From assembly GCF_009914755.1 (NCBI RefSeq), contig NC_060942.1: DNA of 64,000 nucleotides. One strand, written 5' to 3'. The DNA is from the human T2T-CHM13v2.0 reference genome, Homo sapiens. A program made the translations under genes and the position numbers. Every line of letters begins with the position of its first letter. The first letter of the stretch is position 1. Of the stretch, positions 31,388-52,300 are shown in pieces. The notes beneath the pieces were generated by a model. That model ran no database searches, was not told the origin of the DNA, and worked only from the letters and a program-made list of their open reading frames with translations.

Positions 31388-31670
31388 GTTTTGTTTTGTT
31401 TTGTTTTTAGACGGAGTCTCACTCTGTCGCACAGGCTGCAGTGCAGTGGTGCGATCTCAACTCACTGCAAGCTCTGCCTCCTGGGTTCAGCCCCCCAAGT
31501 AGCTGGGACTACAGGCGCCCGCCACCACGCCTGACTAATTTTTTGTATTTTTAGTAGAGATGGGGTTTCACCGTGTTAGCCAGAATGGTCTCGATCTCCT
31601 GACCTCATGATCCGCCCACCTCAGCCTCCCAAAGTACTGGGATTATAGGCGTGAGCCACCATGCCCAGCC
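31388..31670 (-). mobile_element. AluY-like element with a short internal deletion
   Basis: CAAGCTCTGCC, GGGACTACAGGCGCCCGCC and CCGTGTTAGCCAG diagnostics; TSD AGCACTGAATAG at 31375-31386 and 31671-31682. Confidence 0.93.
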
Positions 31671-32196
31671 AGCACTGAATAGTTTTTAATTGGTATTTTA
31701 ATAGAAACTATATTACAGAAAGTCTATAGGATATAGAGCACATCTAACAAAATATGGAAACATAATAAGAATTTGTTCACAAAGGCAACACAAAAATAAG
31801 TATTAATAAATGGAGAAAGATGCAGGATCTACATAAAAGCATTTCTCCAGGGTACTAGAGGGAAACTTAAACACAAGCATATCTCAGACGTACCGCAGAT
31901 TCAGTTCTAGACCACAGGAATAAAGCAAATATCACAAAAAAGCAAGTCACATAAATTTTCTGGTTTCCCAATGCATATAAAAGTTATGTTTATACTATAC
32001 TCTTTTAAATGTGCAATAGCATTATGTCTAAAAAATAATGTACATATTTTAATTCAAAAATACTTTATTGCTAAAAAATGCTAATGACCATCTGAGCCTT
32101 CCGCAAAGCATTATCTTTTTGCTGGTGGAAGGTCTTGCCTCAATGTTGATGGCTGATGACTGATCAGGATGGTAGTTGCTGAATGTGGCTGTGGCA

Positions 32197-35100
32197 TTTT
32201 TTTAAACTTTTATTTTGGTTCGGGTGTGCATGTGGAGGTTTGTTATATAGGTAAACCGCATGTTGCAGGGGTTTGTAGAGATTATTTCATCACCCAAGTA
32301 ATAAGCATAGTACCCGATAGGTAGTTTTTGGATCTTCACCTTCCTCCAACCCTCCACCCTCAAGTAGGACCTGGTGGTATCTGTTGTTCCCTTCTTTGTG
32401 TTCATATGTACTCTATGTTTAGCTTTCACTTATAAGTAAGAACATACGGTATTTTGTTTTCTGTTCATTAGTTCACTTAAGATAATGGCCTCTAGCTCCA
32501 TCTATGTTGGTGTAAAGGACATGGCTGCATAATATTGCATGGTATACAAGTACCACATTTTATCCAGTCTACCACTGATGGGCATTTAAGTTGACTCTAT
32601 GTCTTTGCTATTGTGAATAGTGCTGTAGTGAACAGATACATGCATGTGTCTTCATGGTAGAATAACTTATAGTCCTTTGGGAACATACCCAATAATGGGA
32701 TTGCTAGGTCAAATGGTAATTCTCTTTGCAGTTCTCTGAGAAATTGCCAAACTGCTTTCCACAATGGCTGAACTAATTTACATTCACACCAGCAGTGTAT
32801 AAGTGTTCCCTTTTCTCCACAACCTTGTGAGCCTGTGTCATTTTTTTGAATTTTTAATAATAGCCATTCTGATTGGTATAAGATGGTATCTCACTGTGGT
32901 TTTGATTTGCACTTCTCTAATGATTAGTGATGTTGAGCATTTTATCATATGCTTGTTGGCAGCATGTACGTCTTCTTTTGAAAATTGTCTGTTCATGTCC
33001 TTTGCCTACTTTTTAATGGGGTTTTTTTTGCTTGTGAATTTAAGTTCCTTACAGATGCTGGATGTTAGACCTTTATCAAATGCACAGTTTGCAAATGTTT
33101 TATCCCATTTGATAGGTGTCTGTTTACTTGGTTGATAGTTTCTTTTGCTGTGCAGAAGCTCTTTAAAGTAAGTCCCATTTGTCAATTTTTGGTTTTGTTG
33201 CAATTATTTTTGGTGTCTTCATCATGAAATCTTTGCCAGTCCTATGTTCAGAATGGTATTTATTAGGCTATCTTCCAGGGATTTTATAGTTTTAGGTTTT
33301 ACATTTCAGTCTTCAATACATCTTGAGTTGATTTTTATATGTGGTGTAAGGAATTGGTCCAGCTTCAATCATCTGCATATGGCTAGCCAGTTATCCCTGC
33401 ATCATTTATTGAATAGGAAGTCCTTTCCCCATTGCATGTTTTTGTCTCTTTGTTGAAGATCAGATGGTTGTAGGTGTGTGTGGCATTATTTCTGGGCACT
33501 GTATTCTGTTCCATTGGTCTATGTGTCTGTTTTTATGCAAGTACCATGCTGTTTTGGCTACTGTAGCCTTGTAATATAGTTTGAAGTCAGGAAATGTGAT
33601 GCCTCCAGCTTTGTTCTTTTTGCTTAGGATTGCCTTGACTATTTGGGCTCTTTTTTTGTTCCATATGAATTTTTAAATAGTTTTTATCTAATTCTGTGGA
33701 GAATGTCATTGGTAGTTTGATAGGAATAACACTGAATCTATAAATTACTTTAGGCAGTCTGGCTATTTTAACAATATTGATTTTTCCTATCCATCAGCAT
33801 GAATGTTTTTCCATTTGTGTCATCCTGAATTTCACTGAGCAGTGTTTTGTAATTCTCACAGAATTATAAAATAGATCTCATAGAAGTCTTTCACCTCCCT
33901 GGTCAGCTGTATTCCTATTTGTAGGTATTTTATTCTTTTTCTCTTAATTTAAGTTCTGGGATACATGTGCATGACGTACAGGTTTGTTACACAGATAAAT
34001 GTGTGTCATGGTGGTTTGCTGCACCTATCAACCTATCACTTAGGTATTAAGCCCCACATGCCTTAGCTATTTATCCTGATGCTCTCTCTTTCCACACACA
34101 CACCCCTCGACAGGCCCCAGTGTGCGTTGTTCCCCTAGGTATTTTATTCTTTTTGTGGCAATTGTGAATGTGAATGTGTTCTTGATTTGGCTGTCAGCAT
34201 GGATGTTGTTGGTGTACAGAAATGCTACTAATTTTTGTACATTAATTTTGTATCCTGAAACTTCGGTGAAGTTGTTTATCAGATCAAAGAGCTTTTGAGC
34301 AGAGACTATGGGGGGTTTTAGGCATATAATCATCTTGCCTGCAAACAGGGATAATTTGACTTCCTATTTGGATGCCTTTATTTCTTTGTCTTGTCTGATT
34401 GCTCTAGCCAGGACTTCCAGTACTATGTTGGAGTGGTGAGAGAGGGCATCCTTGTCTTGTTCCAGTTTTCAAGGGGAATGCTTCCAGTTTTTGCCCATTC
34501 AGTATAATATTGGTTTTGAAATAGATGGCTGTTATTATTTTGAAGTATGTTCCTTCAATGCCTAGTTTCTTGAAGGTTTTTATCATGAAGTGATGTTGAA
34601 TTTTATCAAAAGCTTTTTCTGCATCTATTGATAATCATGTGGTTTTTGTTTTTAGTTTTCTTTATGTTATGAGTCACATTTATCGATTTGCATATGTTGA
34701 ACCAACCTTGCATCCTGGAGATAAAACCTACTTGATCATGGTGGATTAGCTTTTTGATGTGCTGCTATATTCAGTTTGCTAGTATTTTGTTGAGGATTTT
34801 GGCATCTATGTTCATCAAGGATATTGGCCTGAAGTTTTCTTTTTAATTGTGTCTCTGCCAGGTTTTGGTATCAGGATGATGCTGGCCTCACAGAATGACT
34901 TAGAGAGGAGTCCCTCCACCTCAATTTTTTGGAATAGTTTCCCTAGGAATAGTACCAGCTCTTCTTTATACAGCTGGTAGAATTTGGCTGTGAGTCCTTC
35001 TGGTCTGTGGCTTTCTTTTGGTTGGCAGGCTTTTTATTACTGATTCAATTTTTGAACTCATTACTGATCTGTTCAGGGATTCAATTTCTTCCTGGTTCAG

Positions 35101-38100
35101 TCTTGGGAGGGTGTATGCGCCCAGGAATTTATCCATTTCTTCTATGTTTTCTAGCTTTACGTGCATAGAGGTGCTCATAATAGTCTCAGGGTTTTTGTAT
35201 TCCTCTAGGGTCAGTGGTAATGCCCCCTTTGTCATTTCTGATTGTATTTATTTGTATCTTCTCTATTTTTTATAACTCTAGCTAGCAGTCTGTCTTAATT
35301 TTTTCAAAAAAACAACTCCTGAATTCATTAATATTTTGTACAATTTTTCACATCTCAATTTCCTTTAGTTCAGCTCTGATTTTGGTTATCTCTTGTCTTC
35401 TGCTAACTTTGGGGTTGATTTGCTCTTGGTTTTCTAGTTCCTCCAGTTGTGATGTTATATTGTTAATCTGAGATCTTTCTAACTTTTCGATGTGGGTGTT
35501 TAGTGCTATAAACTTCCTTCATAACACTGCCTTAGCTTTGTCGCAGAGATTTTGATATATTGTATCTTTGTTCTCATTAGTTTCAAATAATTTCTTTATT
35601 TCTGCCTCAATCATTTCCCAAAAAGTCACTCAGGAGCAAGTTGTCTAATTTCCATGTAATTGTATGGTTTTGAGTTATTTTCTTAGTATTGATTTCTATT
35701 TTTATTGTGCTGTGGTCCAAGAGCATGGTTGGTATGATTTTAGTTTTCTTTATTTTCATTTGCTGATGATTGTTTTATGTCTGGTTGTGTGGTCGATTTT
35801 GGAGTATATGCCATGCACAGATGAGAAGAGCGTATATTCTGTTGTTTTGGGGTGAAGTGTTCTGTACATGGCTATTTGGTCAAGTGTCAAGTTCAGGTCC
35901 TGAATATCTTTGTTAGTTTTCTGCCTTGATGATCAAATACTGTTAGTGGGGTACTAAAGTCTCCCACTATTATTGTTTGGTTATCTAAGTCTCTTCATAG
36001 GTCTCTAAGAACTTGCTATATAAATCTGGGTGTTCCTGTGTTGGGTGCATACATATTTAGGAGAGTTAGTTCTTCGTGTTGAATTGAGCCCTTTATCATT
36101 ATGTAATGCCCTTCTTTCTCAATTTTGATTTTTGTTGGTTTAAAGTCTGTTTCGTCTGAAGTTGGAATAGTAACCCCTGCTTTTTTTCTCTTTTCTGTTT
36201 GCTTGGTAGATTTTTCTCATTCTACATCCCTTGAGTCTATAGGTGTCACTGCATGTGAGATGGGTGTCCCGAAGACAGCAAACCATTGGGTCTTGCTTCT
36301 CTAAATCCACTTGTCACTCTGTGCCTTTTAATTGGGCTATTTAGCCTGATTATATTCAAGATTTGTGCTGCTGTGTCTAGATTTGTTGCTGTCATCATGT
36401 TGTCAGCAGTTACTATGTATATTTATTTGTGTGGTTGCTTTATAGTGTCACTGGTCTATGTACTTAATGTGTTTTTGTAGTGGTCAGTAATAGTCTTTCA
36501 TGTTTACAACTACCTTGAGGACCTCTTGTAAGGCAGGTCTGATGGTATCAAAATCTCTTAGCATTTGCTTGTCTGAAAAGGATCTTATTTCTCTTTCCCT
36601 TATGAAGCTTCATTTGTCTGGATATCAAATTCTTAGTTGAAAATTATTTTCTTCAAGAATGCTGACTAAAGGCACTCATTCTTTTCTGTAGGGTTTCTGC
36701 TAAAAGGTCCACTGTTAGTTTGATGAAGCTCCCTTTGCAGGTAACATGCCCCTTCCCCCAGCTGCCTTTAATGTTTTTTCTTTCATTTTGACCTTGGAGA
36801 ATCCGATGACTACATGTCTTGGGGATGGTCTTCTTGTGTAGTGTTTCACAAGGGTTCTCTGCACTTCCTGAATTTGAATGTTGGCCTCTCTAGAGAGGTT
36901 GAGGGAATTTTCACAGACCTTATCATAAAATATGTTTTTCAAGGCGTTTGCTTTCTCTCCATGTCTTTCAGGGAGGCCGATGCATCGTAGATTTGGTCTC
37001 TTTAATCCCATATTTCTTGGAGATTTTTTTCATTCTTCTTGTTTTTTCCTTATTTTTGTCTGACTGAGTTCTTTTGTAGAGCTGGTCTTTAAGCTCAGAT
37101 TCTTTCCTCATGCTTGGTTGATTCTGTTGTTAATACTTGTGATTGCATTCTGAAATTCTTGAAGTGAGTTTTTCAGCTACATCAGCTCAGTTTGGTTCTT
37201 TCTTACATGGCCATTTCATTTTCCATCTTCTGTGTCATTTTATTGTAGTCCTTAGATTTCTTGGATTGGGTTTTGACATTCTTCTGAATGTTGATGATTT
37301 TTGTTCTTATCCATATTCTGAATAATATTTCTGTCATTTTAGTCATTTCAGCCTGGTTAAGAACCATTGTGGGGGAACTAGTGTGGTCGTTTGGAGGTGA
37401 GAAGACACTCTGGCTTCCTGAGTTGCCAGAGTTCTTGCAATGGTTCTTTCTCATCTGTGTGGGCTGATGTTTCTTCAATCTTCGAAGTTGCTGTCCTTTG
37501 GATAGCTGTATGTTTTTGCTTTTATCTTTGATGTCCGTGGGGGTATGATTGTGACGTAAGGTAGGCTGAGTTGACTCGTTTCATTTCTGGTAGATTTTGT
37601 GGGGGCCAACGCTCAGCTCAGCACCCCTAGGCTGCATGTTTTAACTCTGGAAGACTGATATCATGACCCCAGCTTTGTTCTTTGACCCCCCTCAGGATGG
37701 AAACCTGCTGTGTCAGAAGAGCCAAAGTGTTCCCAGAATGCTGGTCACAACACTCTGATGGGTGGTGCCAGATAAAGCATCATGTGGTGGCAGCAGGATC
37801 CATGCTTGTTTGCATGGGCGAGCAGCAGCAGCAGCAGCACAGCAGGGTGCATGCTTGTCAGCTGAGACACAGGGCTGGTGGGCCCAGAGAAGGGGGTGGG
37901 GCAGAGAAGGGGGCAGGCTGCTAGGGTCCATACACACATTCACACCCACAGCTGTGTTGGCACAGGGGCAGGGTGCTGGCAGGCGCAGAGCTGGCGACCT
38001 CCATGCATGTGTTCATACCAGCAGAAGTGGCAACACAGGGTGGGGGCAGGCCTGCTGTTGTCCATGCACATGTTTGTGCCAGTAATGCACATGGACAACA

Positions 38101-38518
38101 GCAACAGGCGGGTGGTGGGTGTGCTCATGCCAGCAGCAATAGCATGGTGGAGTGCACATACACCCACATGCTGGAAAGAAAGGTAAGGCAAGGTTCACTC
38201 ATACACGTGTGCTGGCAAAACAATGGGGGGGGGGGTGGCTGCAGACAAGTACATGCTAGCAAAGTGGCATAGGGTAGTCTGCAATGAGGAATGAATGCAT
38301 GTGGCTGGTGCGTGTCAGCGAGGGCCACTCTGCTGGAGCTCTCTGATGGTCAGGTGTGGTCTGCCAGTGCAGGAGCTATGATGTGGGTCCAAGCCATATT
38401 TGGGCTTCCAAGGCAGCACTGCAAGCAGGTACAGCCAAGTTGGGGCCCTGGGAGAGGCCAGCAGACATAAGGGTGCTCAGGTGAGTCTGGCCTCATTTCA
38501 TGGGCAAGATCACCCTGC
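32197..38518 (-). mobile_element. Near-full-length old L1PA (PA15/16-like), sense to FBXO15
   Basis: Poly(T) and 3'UTR at left; ORF2 fragments (33006-33203, 34404-34586, 34966-35235); ORF1 fragments (36715-37011, 37203-37478); GC-richer 5'UTR at about 37500-38518. Confidence 0.92.
33941..34135 (-). mobile_element. 5'-truncated L1PA (PA8/10-like) 3'UTR, about 195 bp, nested in L1 ORF2
   Basis: 19-bp TSD TAGGTATTTTATTCTTTTT at 33922-33940 and 34136-34154. Confidence 0.88.
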
Positions 38519-39108
38519 TCCATTCAAGAAACCACTTTCCCTGCTCATCTGTAAGAAGCAACTCCTTATCCATTCAAGTTTTATCATGAGATTAAAGCAA
38601 TTTAGTCACAGCAGGCCCCACTTCTAACTGTAGTTCTCTTGCTATTTCCACCACATCTGCAGTTTCTTCCTCCAGTGAAGTCTTGAACCTCTCAAAGTCA
38701 TCCATGAGGGTTAGAATCAACTTCTTCCAAACTCCTGTTAATGTTGATATTTTGACCTCCTCCCTTGAATCATGTGCGTTCTTAATGGCATCTAGAATAG
38801 TGAATCCTTTCTGAAAGGTTTTCAATTGACTTTGCCCAGATCCATCAAATGAATCACCATCTCTGGAAACTATAGACTTATAAAACTATAGACTTGTAAA
38901 AAGACAAGAGAGAGACAAAAGAGAGACTACAGACTTATAAAATGTATTGCTTAAATAAGACTTAATGGATGAAATTACCCTTTATGGATTACAGAATGGA
39001 TGTTGCGTTAGCAGGCATGAAAACAACATTAATCTTTTTGTACATCTCCATCAGAGCTCTTGCATGACTAGATGTATTCTCAATGAGCAGTAATACCTTG
39101 AAAGAAAT

Positions 39109-39525
39109 TGATATAGTCTAGATATGTATCTCTGCCAAAATTTCATGTTGAAATGTAATCTCCAGTGTTGGAGGTAGGGCCTGGTGGGAGCTGACTGTAT
39201 TGGAGGGTAGATTTCTCATGAATGCTTTAGTGCCACCCTCTTGGTACTATTCTTATGATAGTGAGTGAATTCTTGCAAAATCTGGTTGTTTAAAAGTATG
39301 TGGCCTCTCCCCTCCTTTCTCTTGCTCCAGCTTTTGCCATATGATGTGCCTACTCCCCACTTCGCCTTCCACCCTGATTGTAAGCTTCCCGAGGCCTCCT
39401 TAAAAGCTGATGCCATTCTATATCCTGTACAGCCTACAGAACCTCGAGCCAATAAAATATCTTTTCTTTATAAATTACCTAATCCTGAGTATTTCTTTTT
39501 AGCAATGTGAGAACAGACTAATACA
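39109..39525 (+). mobile_element. MSTA/MSTB MaLR solo LTR inside Tigger1
   Basis: TGATATAGT...ACAGACTAATACA; near-TSD GAAAT/GGAAT. Confidence 0.92.
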
Positions 39526-41758
39526 GGAATCTTGCTTTCTGAGAAGTGGGTCTCAATAGTGGACTTATTCAGTAAACCATGCTATAAACAGATATGCTGT
39601 CATCTCGGCTGTGTTGTCTCATTTATACAGCAGAGACAAAGTAGATTTAGCAGCCTCCTTAAGATCCCTAGGATTTCAGAATGGTAAAAGAGGATTGGCT
39701 TGAACTTAAAGTAAACAGCTGCATTAGCCATGAACAAGAAAGTCAACCTGTCCTTTGAAGCCAGGCAGTGACTTCTCTTCTCTAGCTATGAAAGTCCTCG
39801 ATAGTGGCTCCTTCCCATGGAAGACTGTCTCATCTAAATTGAGAATCCATTGTTTAGTGTAGCCACCTTCATCAATGATCTTAACTAGATCTTCCGGAGA
39901 ACTTGCTGCAACTTCCCCTCAGCACTTGCTGCTGTACCTTGCACTTTTATGCTGTGGATATTTCTTGTTTTCTTAAACCTTATAATCCAACCTCTGCTAG
40001 CTTCAAACTTTTCTTCTGCAGCTTCCTACCTTTTATCAGCATTCACAGAATAAAAGGGAGTTAGGTCCTTGCTCTGGATTAGGTACTGGCTTAAGGGAAT
40101 ATTGTGGCCAGCTGGATCTTCCATTCAACAACTAAAGCTTTCTTCATATCAGCCATAAGGCTGTTTTGATTTTTTATCATTTGTATGTTCACTGGAGTGG
40201 CACTTTAATTTCCTTCAAGAACTTTTCCTTTGTATTAATGACTTGGCTGTTTGGTGCAAGAGGCCTAGCTTTCAACCTCTCTTGGCTTTTAACATGCCTT
40301 CCTCACTAAACTTAATCACTTCTAGCTTTTGATGTAAAGTGAGAGACATGCAACTCTTCACTTGAATGCTTAGAGGCCACTGTAGGATTATTAACTGGCC
40401 TAATTTCAACATTCTTTTTTACCAGGGAATAGAAAGGCCTGAGGGGAGGGAGAAGGACGGCTGAACAGCTGGCCAGTGGAGTAGTCAGAACACATACAAC
40501 AGTTATCTATTAGGTTTGCCATCTTACATGGGCACTGTCTGAGGTGCCCCAAAACAGTTACAATAGTAACATCAAAGATCTCTGATCACAAATCACCGGA
40601 ACAGATATAATAATAATAATGAAAAAGTTTAAAACATTGGGAATTACCAACATGTGACATAGAAATTCAAAGTGAGTACATGCTATTAGAAAACTGGCAC
40701 CAATAGATGTGCTTCATGCAGAGGTGCCACAAACTTTGAAGCTGTAAAAACTACAATATCTTAGACTTCCAGATCCAACATGGTAGCACAGAAGCAAGCT
40801 GGATTCACTCCCCTCAACAGAAAACTGAAACAAATGCACAATGCTAAGATTATCACCAGAAATATTCCAGAACTCAAACACAAGAATGAGATAGTCCCTG
40901 AGGCCACAGAGAAGTGAAAGACCCTGAGCAGATGGTGATAGAATTGGATTTCACATCTGTGACACCCCTCCCCCGATTCTACCCATAACCAAGGGCGTCG
41001 AAAATTTTCCTGCAACTCATGGTCTCCACAATGCAAACCATGAGATTAAGGTGGACAACCAGCTTCCCCACCATCTTGGGTTCCCTGGCAGGAGACCTGT
41101 CCCTACTTTAAGCCATGGGAAGTACTGAGCGTGCCTGAGAGAGAAATATCCTTGAGGACAGACAAAGTCAAAATGGAGAGGTGAGACTATCATCCCCAGC
41201 CCTGGAAATGCAGCTCAGTAACTCAGACAAAGGAGATGCCAAATCACTGTGGCTGTTCAGTAGCACCACACTACAGGATGGGTGTTCCACTGGTTCCTGG
41301 GCACAAACCCCTAGCCAGCCTTCTCACACCGCCAGGATATACTCTTTGGGGCCTCCTGCATCTGAGACAAGTAGTACTCCAATTAGTTACTACAGCCAAG
41401 GTGAAAATGGGCTTAAGGCACCACCTAGAGCCAAAAAGGAGCCAACAACTTGGCAGTAAATAATATCTAAGCAAATACATCCCATAAAAAAAAACAAAAG
41501 CCAGACAGAGAAGACTGGAATAAATAACTAATCATTCAGTGGAAAGATATAGCCATATAGCCACAAGAAAGAAGAGCGAACAGGGAGCCATAATCTCCCA
41601 AAGCAAACAAAAAAAAAAAACACAAAAAACAAACAACAACAAAAAACAGTAACTGACCCTAACAAGATGGCGATATGTGAGCTTTCTGACCAATAATTCA
41701 AAATGGTAGTTTTAAGGAAACTCAGTGATCTCCAAGATAACACAGAAAAGCAATTCAG

Positions 41759-48085
<6,327 letters not shown>

Positions 48086-50245
48086 AGAAAAGCAATTCAG
48101 AAATGTATCAGAGAAATTTAGCAAACAGATTGAAATAATTATAAAAAGTCAAACAGAAATCTTGGAACTAATGAATACTTTTGCTGAACTGAAAAATTCA
48201 TAGGAGGCTCTCAAAAACAGAATGGATCAAGCAAAGAAAAGTATCAGTGAGGTAGAAGGCAGGCCTTTTGAAAACACTTAGTCAGAGGAAAAAAGAAAAA
48301 AGAATGAAAAGGAATGAAGACTGCCTACAAGATATAGAAAATTACCTCAAAAGGCCAAGTCTAATAACTATTGGTGTTCGATTGAAAGTTGAGCAAGAAC
48401 AAGTAGTAGAAATCTTACTCAAATAAATAATAACAGAAAACTTTCCAAAACTTGAGAAAGATATATCCAGGTACAAGAATACTAGACAACACCAAACAGA
48501 TTTGACTCAAATAAGACTACTCCAGGACATATAATAATCAAATACTCAAAGGTCAAGCACAAAGAGAGGATCCTAAAAGCAGCAAGAGAAAAGAAGCAAA
48601 TAACGTAAAAGAGCACAAATTCATCTGGCAATAGATTTCTCAATAGAAACCATACAGGCCAGGAGGGAATGAAATGACATTTTCAAAGTGCTGAAAGAAA
48701 AAGAAAATTGCCATCCAAGAATATTGTATCTGGAAAATCTATCTTTCAAATATGAAGGACAGATAAAGTATCTCCCACACAAACAAAAGCTGAGGCAATT
48801 CACCAACACCAGACCTATCTTATAAGAAATGCTAAAAGGAGTTATTCAGTCTGGAAGAAATAAATACTAATATGTGAAAAGAAAACATTGGAAGATAGAA
48901 AACTTACTGGTAAAATTAAGCACAAAACTCAGAATATTCTAACACTGTAACTGTGGTGTGCAATCCATTCATAACTCTACTATGAAGCCCAAAAGACAAA
49001 TCTATCAGCAATAACAGCTACAGCAACGTGTTAGGAGATAGGTAATATAAAAATATGTAAACTGAGACAACTAAAGGTCAAAACATAAGGTGAGGAGTGG
49101 TAATTAAAGTATGTAATTTTTTTCTCATTTCTTTATTTGCGTCTATTCTTTTCTTTGTGTTCTAAGTTTTCATCTCTTTAAAATAACTTGTTATATCTAT
49201 AAGATGTTTTTATAAGCCTCATGGTACAAGAATGAAAAAACCTATTAATAGATTAACTAAAAATAAAAAGCAACAAATTAAAATATTCTACCAGATAATA
49301 TAACAACAAAAAAAGACAGGAAGAAAAGGACAGAAGGGTTACAAAACAACCAGAAAACAAGCAACAAAGTGGCAGTAGTAAGTGTTTCCTTATCAGTAAC
49401 AACACTGAATGTAAATTGACTCAATTCTCCAATTAAAAGGCAGAGTGGCAGAATGGATAAAGAAATAGAATCTAACTATATGCTGCCTACAAGAGACCCA
49501 CTTCACCTATGAAGACACACGTTTACTGAAATGAAAGGGTTAAAAAAAGATATTCCATACAACTGCAAACCAAAAAAGAAAAAGTGTAGCTGTGCTTCTA
49601 CCAAATAAACTACAAATCAGGATAAAATAGACGGTAATAATGGAGAAAGAAGGTCACTAAATAATGATAAAGGGGTCAATTTGGCAAAAGGATACAACAA
49701 TTATAAATATCTGTGCATCCAACAGCAGAGCTCCCAATTATATAAATCAAATATTAATAGATCTAAGGGAAGGGACAGGATACAATACAGTAATAATAGA
49801 GTGCTTTAACATGTCTGCACCATCCCATGTCTACTGCAGCACTATTCACAATAACTAAAATATGGAATTAATCTAAGTGTAAATCAATGGCTGAATGAAT
49901 AAGGAAAATGTGAAATATATACAAAATTAAATATTATTCAGCCACTAAAATGAATGAAATCCTGTCATCTGCAGCAACATGGATGAAACTGGAGGTAATT
50001 ATATTAAGTAAAATAATCTAAGAACAGGAAAACAAATATTGCACGTTCTCACTTATATGTGGGAGCTTAAAATGTGTATCTCATGAAGACAGAGAGTAGA
50101 CTAGTCATTACTGGAGGCAAGGAAGGACAGAGATGAGGAGAAGTTAATGGGTACAAATACATAGTTTGACAGAAGAGATAAAACCTAGTGTTAGACCAGT
50201 AGAGTGACTACAGTCTATGATTGCCTATTATATATTTCAAAATAG

Positions 50246-50707
<462 letters not shown>

Positions 50708-52084
50708 CCCAAAATATTTTTTAAATGCAATATGTGTGAAGCATAATAAAACAAAGAACAATAAAGCAAGGTATGTCTGTAGTTGGAGGGATAGATGAAA
50801 ACTCCAAATAAAAATATATCCATTCCAAATTAATACAGATTTAATATGAATCTGCTCAAAATACAAAGAAGATATTTTAAAATCTGGCCAGGTGAATATT
50901 AAAAACATCTAAAAGCATAAATGGATAAAAATAATCAAGAAATCTTTGATAAAGTTCATTAGTAAGAAATTTTATATTGGGAACATATTTTCATGACAAA
51001 ATGAACAAGAAAAGCTTGAAGTATCTTCTTGCCCAGTAGAGATAAAAGAAGGTGCACTTATTCTTAACAGACAAGAATAATCCTAAGAGGTAAGGGTACA
51101 GGAATCTGTAGGCTATGTGTAATTTTTATGTTAATCAAAAGGAAGTGTAGGTTGAAAAAGGAGAAATACTCAATCTAAAGAAAATATAGCTGAGTATTTG
51201 CCTTTTATTCAAGAGTAGAACTTACCATATTTACAAAAATTTGAAAGATGCAACATTAATTACTGACATGCAATTAAAAACCTCTGAGATTCAAAACAAT
51301 ATATACAAAATTAGAAGGCAAAAGATAAAATGGGAAAAGATTTTCAACAAATGTAATGCATATAAATCTTATAAACATTTAAAACAATGGAACCAATTGA
51401 ACATGAATAATGAATATTCAATTAGAAAAGAAATATGATAATGAACAACAATAACAGCACCAAGCACATGTGAAGCATTCTTTAGTACCTCATAAGGTAG
51501 GTACTAATGTTTTCCTTATTTTGCAAGCAAGGACACTGTGGTAATTGATTAAGGTTAAACACATAGTTAAGAGGTGGTACTGAAGTCAGATCCTAAGAAG
51601 ATTCCCCTTAAACAGCCTGCAATATGGTTGCTATAAAAACCATAAACCTCTGTGATAGTCAGTTTTTAAAATAGTCAATCTAACATTCAGGCATATGGAA
51701 ATTTAAAACAATCAGATGTCCTTTTCACCTCTCAAATCAATAGATATTTTTCAAAATAATGGTCATGATAACAGTGCTATAATCATGAAAAGTGGATACT
51801 AAATGTCCAACATTAGGAGAATGGGTCAATAAATTATAAAAAACCCAAACAATGGAATATTATACAAATTTTCAAGAACTATTTAGTGGCATTTGAAAAA
51901 CACAATGCAATTTAAAAGGAAAAAGAATGTAATATTGTTCACATAATGTTGTCTAAGGATATAAACAGAGCTATATATGTGAAAATGAACCAAAATATAA
52001 ACAATAGTTTTCCTGAATGATTATTTGCTTCTTTATAAATTCTACATATTCTGAATTTTCAAATCGCATATCAAAAAGATAATT

Positions 52085-52300
52085 ATTTTTTGTTTTATTT
52101 CACTTTTAATTGAAAATAATTAAATATATTTATGGGGTACACAGTGATATTCTGTAAAAAAAAAAAAAACAACAAATTCTGTCATTTGTAATAATATGGA
52201 TGAATCTAGAAGACATTATATTCAGTGAAATAACCAAAGAACAGAGAAACAAATACCGCATGATCCCACTTATATGTGGAATTTCAAAAGCTGAAGTTAA
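52085..52300. mobile_element. Two short L1MA 3'UTR pieces in opposite orientations
   Basis: Minus-strand tail (TTTTAATTGAAAATAATT...TATGGGGTACACAGTGATATT), an A-run, then plus-strand AAATTCTGTCATTTG...CTTATATGTGGAAT. Confidence 0.6.
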
